Shown here piece by piece: positions 56,014 through 64,000 of a stretch of DNA of 64,000 nt. Position 1 is the stretch's first letter; each line of letters begins with the position of its first letter. A program made the position numbers and the translations under genes. The stretch lies in NCBI GenBank assembly GCA_024235855.1, contig JACKLN010000013.1:2950-66949 (forward strand), written 5' to 3'. Origin of the DNA: Burkholderiaceae bacterium. GTDB lineage: Bacteria > Pseudomonadota > Gammaproteobacteria > Burkholderiales > Burkholderiaceae_C. The notes below the pieces were generated by a model. That model made no database searches and was not told the DNA's origin. It was given only the letters and a program-made list of their open reading frames with translations.

Positions 56014-56941
56014 TGTCCCCGGGTATGCCCTAGGCGATGCCTCGGGAGAGATGGCCGCAGGCGAGGCCAAGAACCCCTTCCTGGTGGCGCTGGGCGAGCG
56101 GGTGCGCGCCCTGCGCGCGCGCCGCGGCATGACACGCAAGGCGCTGTCGGCGGCGGCCGACGTGTCCGAGCGCCACCTGGCCAACCTGGAATACGGCGTC
56201 GGCAACGCCTCCATCCTGATCCTGCTGCAGGTGGCCGCGGCACTGCAGTGCTCGCTGGCCGAACTGATCGGCGACGTCACCACCTCCAGCCCCGAGTGGC
56301 TGCTGCTGCGCGAGCTGCTGGAAAAACGCGACGAGGACACGCTGCGCCGCGTGCGCATCGCCGTTGGCGACCTGCTCGGCATGGGCAACCAGGGCAACCC
56401 GGGACCGGCCACCAAGCGCACCCGCATCGCCCTGATCGGCCTGCGCGGCGCCGGCAAGTCCACGCTGGGCCAGATGCTGGCCGACGACCTGGGCTACCCG
56501 TTCGTGGAACTCAGCCGCGAGATCGAGCAGTTCGCCGGCTGCTCGGTGGGCGAGATCCAGGGCCTCTACGGCCAGAGCGCCTACCGCCGCTACGAGCGCC
56601 GCGCACTGGAAGAGGCGATCCAGATCTACCCGGAGGCCGTGATCGCCACGCCCGGCGGCATCGTCTCCGACGCGGCCACCTTCAACCAGCTGCTGACCCA
56701 CTGCACCACCATCTGGCTGCAGGCCCAGGCCGAGGACCACCTGCAGCGCGTGGCCGCGCAGGGTGACATGCGCCCGATGGCGGCCAGCAAGGAGGCACTC
56801 GAGGACCTGAAGGGCATCCTCGCCGGCCGCGCCGCCTTCTATTCGAAGGCGGAGTACCGGCTGGACACGAGCGCGCAGCCGCTGGCCGAAACCTTCGAGC
56901 GGCTGAGGGCCATCGCCCGCGAGATCATGGCGCATGCATGA
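55994..56941 (+). CDS. boxR: BoxR/BzdR regulator (XRE HTH plus shikimate-kinase-like domain)
   Basis: LGERVR.LRARRGMTRK...VSERHLANLE.G.GN; IALIGLRGAGKSTLG; RV.AQGD.RPM; start may be 56051. Confidence 0.92.
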   Translation: MSSTILPVPGYALGDASGEMAAGEAKNPFLVALGERVRALRARRGMTRKALSAAADVSERHLANLEYGVGNASILILLQVAAALQCSLAELIGDVTTSSPEWLLLRELLEKRDEDTLRRVRIAVGDLLGMGNQGNPGPATKRTRIALIGLRGAGKSTLGQMLADDLGYPFVELSREIEQFAGCSVGEIQGLYGQSAYRRYERRALEEAIQIYPEAVIATPGGIVSDAATFNQLLTHCTTIWLQAQAEDHLQRVAAQGDMRPMAASKEALEDLKGILAGRAAFYSKAEYRLDTSAQPLAETFERLRAIAREIMAHA

Positions 56942-56989
56942 AAGTGCATTTTTTGCTTGACACGATCAAGAGGTGAGCACTATCATGCG
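56935..56989 (+). promoter_or_regulatory. Sigma70 promoter of boxC with flanking BoxR-type boxes
   Basis: -35 TTGACA at 56957-56962, -10 TATCAT at 56981-56986 (18-bp spacer); TGCAtgaaagTGCA at 56935-56948 and GCActatcaTGC at 56977-56988. Confidence 0.7.
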
Positions 56990-57038
56990 TCACACCTGAT
57001 CCCGATCAACGCACCAGCGTGCATGCCAGGAGACTGCG

Positions 57039-58706
57039 ATGAGCCAGCCGTCCCGTGTCGACTACCAGACCACCCCCAGCCAGTACAAGCACTGGAAGCT
57101 GAAGTTCGAAGGCCCGGTGGCGACGCTGATCGCCGACTTCGACGAGAACGCCGGCCTGCGCCCGGGCTACAAGCTCAAGCTCAACAGCTACGACCTGGGC
57201 GTGGACATCGAGCTCAACGATGCCGTCAACCGCATCCGCTTCGAGCATCCCGAGGTGCGCACGGTGGTCGTCACCAGCGGCAAGGAGAAGGTGTTCTGCT
57301 CCGGCGCCAACATCTTCATGCTGGGCGTCAGCAGCCACGCCTGGAAGGTGAACTTCTGCAAGTTCACCAACGAGACGCGCAACGGCATCGAGGACAGCAG
57401 CACGCACAGCGGCCTGAAGTTCCTGGCCGCGGTCAACGGCGCCTGCGCCGGTGGCGGCTATGAACTGGCCCTGGCCTGCGACGAGATCCTGCTCATCGAC
57501 GACCGCAGCAGCGCTGTCAGCCTGCCGGAGGTGCCGCTGCTGGGCGTGCTGCCGGGCACCGGTGGCCTGACCCGCGTGACCGACAAGCGCAAGGTGCGCC
57601 ACGACCTGGCCGACATCTTCTGCACCACCACCGAAGGCGTGCGCGGCCAGAAGGCCAAGGACTGGCGCCTGGTGGACGACATCGCCAAGCCGGCGCAGTT
57701 TGCCGCCCGCGTGCAGGAGCGCGCACTGGAACTGGCCCAGGGCAGCGCCCGGCCGGGCCCCGACGCTGGCGCCAAGGGTGTCGCCCTGCCCCCGCTGAGC
57801 AAGACCGTGGAGCCCGACGCGCTGCGCTACAGCCATGTCACGGTCGAGATCGACCGCGCCAAGCGCACCGCCACCTGGACGGTGAAGGCACCGAAGGGCA
57901 CCGTGGCCGCCGACGTGGCCGGCATCGAGGCCGCCGGCAGCGCCTGGCAGCCGCTGGTGATCGCCCGCGAACTGGACGACGCCATCCTCGAGATGCGCAC
58001 CAACGAGCTCGAGATCGGCACCTGGCTGATCCGCACCGAAGGCGACGCCGCCGCGGTGCTGGCGATGGATGCCGCGCTGGAAGCCAACGCCGGCCACTGG
58101 TTCGTGCGCGAGACGCGCGGCCTGCTGCGGCGCACGCTCAGCCGCCTGGACGTGTCCAGCCGCAGCCTGTTCGCGCTGATCGACGAAGGCAGCTGCTTCG
58201 CCGGCACCTACCTGGAACTGGCGCTGGCCTGCGACCGCAGCTACCAACTGGCCCTGCCCGATGACGCCGCCAAGGCGCCGAAGATCACCGTCGGCGCGCT
58301 GAACTGGGGCACCTACCCGATGGCCACAGGCCAGAGCCGCCTGCAGCGCCGCTTCTACGAGGAAGAAGCGCCGCTGGCCGCCGTCAAGGCGCAGCAGGGC
58401 CAGCCGCTGGACGCCGATGCCGCCTTCGCACTGGGCCTGGTCACCAGCAACCCGGACGACATCGACTGGGCCGACGAGACCCGCATCGCCATCGAGGAAC
58501 GCGTGGCGATGAGCCCCGACGCCCTGACCGGCATGGAGGCCAACCTGCGCTTCAACGGCCCGGAGAACATGGTCACGCGCGTCTTCGGCCGCCTGACCGC
58601 CTGGCAGAACTGGATCTTCCAGCGCCCCAACGCCGTCGGCGAGAAGGGTGCGCTGAAGGTCTACGGCAGCGGCCAGAAGAGCCTGTTCGACTGGCACCGC
58701 GTCTGA
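57039..58706 (+). CDS. boxC: 2,3-epoxybenzoyl-CoA dihydrolase (benzoyl-CoA-dihydrodiol lyase)
   Basis: YKLKLNSYDLGVDIELNDA, HAWKVNFCKFTNETR, LPEVPLLGVLPGTGG, RLTAWQNWIFQRPNA. Confidence 0.96.
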   Translation: MSQPSRVDYQTTPSQYKHWKLKFEGPVATLIADFDENAGLRPGYKLKLNSYDLGVDIELNDAVNRIRFEHPEVRTVVVTSGKEKVFCSGANIFMLGVSSHAWKVNFCKFTNETRNGIEDSSTHSGLKFLAAVNGACAGGGYELALACDEILLIDDRSSAVSLPEVPLLGVLPGTGGLTRVTDKRKVRHDLADIFCTTTEGVRGQKAKDWRLVDDIAKPAQFAARVQERALELAQGSARPGPDAGAKGVALPPLSKTVEPDALRYSHVTVEIDRAKRTATWTVKAPKGTVAADVAGIEAAGSAWQPLVIARELDDAILEMRTNELEIGTWLIRTEGDAAAVLAMDAALEANAGHWFVRETRGLLRRTLSRLDVSSRSLFALIDEGSCFAGTYLELALACDRSYQLALPDDAAKAPKITVGALNWGTYPMATGQSRLQRRFYEEEAPLAAVKAQQGQPLDADAAFALGLVTSNPDDIDWADETRIAIEERVAMSPDALTGMEANLRFNGPENMVTRVFGRLTAWQNWIFQRPNAVGEKGALKVYGSGQKSLFDWHRV

Positions 58707-58798
58707 CACTTCCCTGATCTCGTTGTGCGGCGCGGTTTCCGGGTGGCGCGCCGCAACCGAACCTCTTCCTCCCCCGACTGGTTTGCTTGGAGACGGTG

Positions 58799-60227
58799 AT
58801 GTCCACGATCAACTACAGCGAGAAGATCCCCAACAACGTCAACCTCAGCGAGGACCGCACGCTGCAGCGCGCGCTGGAGCACTGGCAGCCCAGCTACCTG
58901 AACTGGTGGCAGGACATGGGCCCCGACGGCAGCCACGGCTTCGACGTCTACCTGCGCACCGCCGTCAGCGTGGACCCACAGGGCTGGGCGCAGTTCGGCC
59001 ACGTGAAGATGCCCGACTACCGATGGGGCATCTTCCTGAACCCGGCCGAGCAGGACCGCAAGATCCACTTCGGCGACCACCTGGGCGAAGCCGCCTGGCA
59101 GGAGGTGCCGGGCGAGCACCGCGCCAACCTGCGCCGCATCATCGTCACGCAAGGCGACACCGAGCCGGCAAGCGTGGAGCAGCAGCGCCACCTGGGCCTG
59201 ACGGCGCCCAGCCAGTACGACCTGCGCAACCTGTTCCAGGTGAACGTCGAGGAAGGCCGCCACCTCTGGGCCATGGTCTACCTGCTGCACAAGTGCTTTC
59301 GGCCGCGACGGCCGCGAGGAAGGCGAGGCCCTGCTGGAGCGCCGCAGCGGTGACGAGGACAACCCGCGCATCCTCGGCGCCTTCAACGAGAAGACGCCCG
59401 ACTGGCTGAGCTTCTTCATGTTCACCTACTTCACCGACCGCGACGGCAAGTTCCAGCTCTGCGCGCTGGCCGAGAGCGCCTTCGACCCGCTGGCCCGCAC
59501 GACCAAGTTCATGCTGACCGAGGAGGCCCACCACATGTTCGTGGGCGAGTCGGGCGTGAGCCGCGTCATCCAGCGCACCTGCCAGGCGATGAACGAGCTC
59601 AAGACCGACGATCCGGCCAAGCTGCGCGCCGCCGGCGTGATCGACCTGCCGACCATCCAGCGCTACCTGAACTTCCACTTCAGCGTCACGATCGACCTCT
59701 TCGGCGCCGACCAGAGCAGCAACGCCGCCATCTTCTACAGCTCGGGCCTGAAGGGCCGCTTCGAGGAAGGCAAGCGCAGCGACGACCACGTGCTCAAGGG
59801 CCACAGCTACAAGGTGCTGGACGTGCAGAACGGCATGCTGGTGGAGAAGGAAGTGCCGATGCTCAATGCCCTGAACGAGGTGCTGCGCGACGACTACATC
59901 AAGGACAGCGTGGGCGGCGTGGAGCGCTGGAACAAGGTCATCGAGAAGGCCGGAATCCCGTTCCGCCTGAAGGTGCCGCACAAGGCCTTCCACCGCCAGA
60001 TCGGCACGCTCGCCGGCGTCAAGGTGTCGCCGGATGGCCGCCACGTGAGCGACCACGAGTGGAACGCCAAGGTCGAGGAGTGGCTGCCGACGGACGTCGA
60101 CCGCGCCTACGTGGCCAGCCTGATGGGCCGGGTGGTGGAGCCGGGCAAGTTCGCCAACTGGATCGCGCCGCCGGTGATGGGCATCAACCGCCAGCCGGTG
60201 GACTTCGAGTACGTGCGCTTCAACTGA
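58799..60227 (+). pseudogene. boxB: Benzoyl-CoA 2,3-epoxidase subunit B with a single +1 frameshift near 59297-59299 (possibly a sequencing error)
   Basis: MSTINYSEKIPNNV...QGDTEPASVEQQ...EEGRHLWAMVYLLHK, continuing as FGRDGREE...FTDRDGKFQL...EEAHH in the next frame; 1429 nt = 3n+1. Confidence 0.9.
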
Positions 60228-60254
60228 CGGCACCACCTGCCCGCGGTACAACCG

Positions 60255-60275
60255 AGGGGGCTGCGGCCCCCTTTT
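60255..60275 (+). terminator. Possible intrinsic terminator after boxB
   Basis: agggggc-tgcg-gccccc-tttt hairpin with a short U tract. Confidence 0.6.
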
Positions 60276-60289
60276 GCTTGACGAGGCGA

Positions 60290-60447
60290 GAGGGTGAGAG
60301 GCCATCCCGCATGCCCGCTCATCCTCGCCAGATGGGCCGACTCGTCGTTGCAAATGCTCGCCATGGCCCTGCCATGGCTGTGCTTTGCGCCTAGATTCGG
60401 TCCGCCTGGCGCGTCTGCTCAGGCACGCCGGATGGCCTCTCACCCTC
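60290..60447. mobile_element. 158-bp MITE/REP-like element with perfect 18-bp terminal inverted repeats
   Basis: gagggtgagaggccatcc (60290-60307) and ggatggcctctcaccctc (60430-60447); central gccatggc-cct-gccatggc palindrome. Confidence 0.7.
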
Positions 60448-60460
60448 AGAGGAGACAACC

Positions 60461-61738
60461 ATGGACCTGGCCGATTCGAAGCTGCTCAAGCAGCATGTCA
60501 TCGACCCCGAGATCTGCATCCGCTGCAACACCTGCGAAGCCACCTGTCCGGTGGGCGCGATCACGCACGACTCGCGCAACTACGTGGTCGACGCCGAGAA
60601 GTGCAACTTCTGCATGGCCTGCGTGCCGCCCTGCCCCACCGGCAGCATCGACAACTGGCGGGTCGTGCCGAAGGCCCGCGCCTACAGCCTGGACGAACAG
60701 CTGGGCTGGGACGAACTGCCGGCCGAGCTGAGCGCCGATCAGCTCTCGGACGCCGGCGCCGATGCCGCCGATGTGGCCGACGCCCAGGCCGAGGCGGCAC
60801 CGGCGCCGTCCACCGCCGAGCCCGAGGCCTTCCGCGCTGCCGCCTATGGCGCCACGGTGCCGCCGTGGTCCGCTGCCCACCCCTACGTGAACCTGTACGG
60901 CCCGAAGGCGGCGAAGAAGTCCGTCACCGCCACCGTGGTAGGCAACGTGCGCGTCACCGAGGTCGGCAAGGAGTACGACACCCACCACGTGGTGCTGGAC
61001 TTCGGCGCCATGCCGTTCCCGGTGCTCGAGGGCCAGTCCATCGGCGTGCTGCCGCCGGGCGTGGACGCCAATGGCAAGCCGCACCATGCGCGCCAGTACA
61101 GCATCGCCAGCCCGCGCAACGGCGAGCGCCCGGGCTACAACAACGTCAGCCTGACCATCAAGCGCGTGCTGGAGGACCACCAGGGCAACCCGGTGCGTGG
61201 CGTGGCCAGCAACTTCATGTGCGACCTGAAGGTGGGCGACACGGTGGAGGTCATCGGCCCCTTCGGCCAGAGCTTCCTGATGCCCAACCACCCGAAGAGC
61301 CACGTCGTGATGATCTGCACCGGCACCGGCAGCGCACCGATGCGGGCGATGACCGAATGGCGCCGGCGGCTGCGCCAGTCGGGCAAGTTCGAGGGCGGCA
61401 AGCTGATGCTCTTCTTCGGCGCCCGCACCAAGGCCGAGCTGCCCTACTTCGGCCCGCTGCAGAACCTGCCCAAGGACTTCATCGACATCAACTTCGCCTT
61501 CTCGCGCGAGGGCGGCAAGCCCAAGCGCTACGTGCAGGACGCCATGCGCGAGCGCGCCGCCGACCTGGTGCCGCTGCTGAAGGACCCCAACGCCTACTTC
61601 TACGTCTGCGGCCTGAAGGCGATGGAGGAAGGCGTGGTGCTGGCGCTGCGCGATGTGGCCGCCGAGGCCGGGCTGGACTGGGACAATGTGGGCGCCGCCC
61701 TGAAAGCCGAGGGGCGGCTGCACCTGGAGACGTATTGA
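60461..61738 (+). CDS. boxA: Benzoyl-CoA 2,3-epoxidase reductase subunit A
   Basis: Two 4Fe-4S motifs ([24 protein letters not shown]) plus an FNR domain (RQYSIAS, CTGTG.APMR, YVCGLK, HLETY). Confidence 0.96.
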   Translation: MDLADSKLLKQHVIDPEICIRCNTCEATCPVGAITHDSRNYVVDAEKCNFCMACVPPCPTGSIDNWRVVPKARAYSLDEQLGWDELPAELSADQLSDAGADAADVADAQAEAAPAPSTAEPEAFRAAAYGATVPPWSAAHPYVNLYGPKAAKKSVTATVVGNVRVTEVGKEYDTHHVVLDFGAMPFPVLEGQSIGVLPPGVDANGKPHHARQYSIASPRNGERPGYNNVSLTIKRVLEDHQGNPVRGVASNFMCDLKVGDTVEVIGPFGQSFLMPNHPKSHVVMICTGTGSAPMRAMTEWRRRLRQSGKFEGGKLMLFFGARTKAELPYFGPLQNLPKDFIDINFAFSREGGKPKRYVQDAMRERAADLVPLLKDPNAYFYVCGLKAMEEGVVLALRDVAAEAGLDWDNVGAALKAEGRLHLETY

Positions 61739-63246
61739 TGACCCTGAGTTCCGAGACGCGTGTGCTGGTGGTGGGCGCCGGCATCATGGGCGCCGGCATT
61801 GCCCAGGTGGCGGCGCAGGCCGGTCACCGCGTGGCCCTGTTCGACCTTCGCGAGGGGGCCGCTGCAGCGGCGCGCGACAAACTCGGCCAGACGCTCGATG
61901 GGCTGGCCGCCAAGGGAAAGCTGACGCCGGCGGCGGTGCAGGCCACGCTGGGTCGCATCGAAGCGATCGGCGCGCTGGACGACGCCAAGGGCTGCGGCCT
62001 GGTGGTCGAGGCCATCGTCGAGAACCTGGACGCCAAGCGCGCGCTGTTCCAGCAGCTCGAGGGCCTGCTGGGCACTGAGGCCATCCTGGCCACCAACACC
62101 TCGTCGATCAGCGTCACCGCCATCGCCAACGGCCTGCAGCGGCCAGAGCGCCTGGTCGGCATGCACTTCTTCAATCCGGTGCCGCTGATGAAGCTGGTGG
62201 AGGTGGTCAGCGGTCTGCGCACCGACGCCGCCGTGGCCGCGGCCATCTTCGAGCTGTCGAAGGCCTGGGGCAAGGTGCCGGTGCACGCCAAGAGCACGCC
62301 TGGCTTCATCGTCAACCGCATCGCCCGCCCCTACTACGCCGAGACCCTGGCCCTGCTGCAGGAACAGGCCGCTGCGCCCGAGGTGCTGGACGCCTGCCTG
62401 CGCGCCGCCGGCTTCCGCATGGGGCCGTGCGAGCTGATGGACCTGATCGGCCACGACACGAACTTCGCGGTCACCAACTCCGTCTATGCCGCCAACTTCT
62501 TCGACAAGCGCTACGTGCCGTCGCTCGTGCAGCAGGAGATGGTCGATGGCGGCCTGATGGGCCGCAAGAGCGGGCGTGGCTTCTACGTCTACCCCGCTGG
62601 CGCACCGGCGCTCGCGCCGGTGGACCTGCCGCCGCTGCCGACCGGCGTACAGCCTGTGGTGCACGGACTCGGACCGCTGGCCGACACCCTGGCCGCACGG
62701 CTGCCGATGCCGCACACGCGCCAGCCCGACAGCGGCTGGATCGGCCTGGAAGTGGGCGGCGCACAGCTGCGCCTGACCGACGGCCAGACCGCGGGCGAGA
62801 TCGCCGCGGGCGAGGGCCTGGCCGACGTGGCGGTGTTCGACCGCCTGCCCGGCACGGCCTGGTCCGGCGCGTTGGCGCTGGCCATCGCCGATGAGGCCAG
62901 CGACGCCTGGCGCGCCGAGGCGCCGGCGTGGCTGGCCCTGCTGGGCGTGGAGCCGCGCACCGTGGCCGACACCCCGGGCCTGGTGGTGGCGCGCACGCTG
63001 GCCATGCTGGTCAACGAGGCCGCCGACGCCGTGCACCAGGGCGTCTGCAGCCCGGACGGTGCCGACGCCGCGATGAAGCTCGGCGTCAACTACCCCGCCG
63101 GCCCGTTCGAATGGCTGGCCGGCTGGAGCGCCCGCGGCGTGCTGGGCATCCTGGCCGCGCTGGACGACACCTACCGCGGCGAGCGCTACCGTGCCAGCCC
63201 GTGGCTGCTGCGCCGTGCGCAGCGCGACACCCTCACCGGAGCCTGA
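61738..63246 (+). CDS. paaH: 3-hydroxyacyl-CoA (3-hydroxyadipyl-CoA) dehydrogenase
   Basis: VVGAGIMGAGIA, EAIVE, ATNTSS, GMHFFNP, PGFIVNR, GVNYP.GP. Confidence 0.9.
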   Translation: MTLSSETRVLVVGAGIMGAGIAQVAAQAGHRVALFDLREGAAAAARDKLGQTLDGLAAKGKLTPAAVQATLGRIEAIGALDDAKGCGLVVEAIVENLDAKRALFQQLEGLLGTEAILATNTSSISVTAIANGLQRPERLVGMHFFNPVPLMKLVEVVSGLRTDAAVAAAIFELSKAWGKVPVHAKSTPGFIVNRIARPYYAETLALLQEQAAAPEVLDACLRAAGFRMGPCELMDLIGHDTNFAVTNSVYAANFFDKRYVPSLVQQEMVDGGLMGRKSGRGFYVYPAGAPALAPVDLPPLPTGVQPVVHGLGPLADTLAARLPMPHTRQPDSGWIGLEVGGAQLRLTDGQTAGEIAAGEGLADVAVFDRLPGTAWSGALALAIADEASDAWRAEAPAWLALLGVEPRTVADTPGLVVARTLAMLVNEAADAVHQGVCSPDGADAAMKLGVNYPAGPFEWLAGWSARGVLGILAALDDTYRGERYRASPWLLRRAQRDTLTGA

Positions 63247-63248
63247 CC

Positions 63249-64000
<752 letters not shown>

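Overview
High-GC (roughly 70% by eye) bacterial DNA, most consistent with a Burkholderiales betaproteobacterium (Rubrivivax/Ideonella-like; inferred from gene content). Left to right: (1) a MarR-controlled aromatic catabolic operon (gentisate-type dioxygenase, FAD monooxygenase, Rieske oxygenase, glutamine-synthetase-like ligase, ferredoxin, TRAP transporter) interrupted by a ~310-bp palindrome; (2) accessory genes including ChrA, YbiB, an HTH/citrate-synthase-fold probable pseudoenzyme opposite a TonB-dependent receptor, an FNR-box-preceded beta-CASP/MgtC pair and a halohydrin dehalogenase; (3) a small lower-GC island with an IS remnant; (4) a 16-gene, ~16.4-kb envelope operon combining ApbE flavinylation genes (DUF3570, DUF4266, TlpA), heme-motif lipoproteins with a hydrazine-synthase-alpha-like region, beta-barrels, TPR scaffolds and an ExbB/ExbD/ExbD/TonB-like motor resembling the myxobacterial Agl-Glt core, which is the best candidate for an uncharacterised system; (5) a TIR plus membrane-anchored STAND NTPase pair; (6) the aerobic benzoyl-CoA (box) pathway with its ABC transporter, benzoate-CoA ligase, boxR, boxC, a frameshifted boxB, boxA, paaH and a partial thiolase. 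No rRNA, tRNA or CRISPR array was seen. All family assignments are from motif recognition by eye, not database searches.
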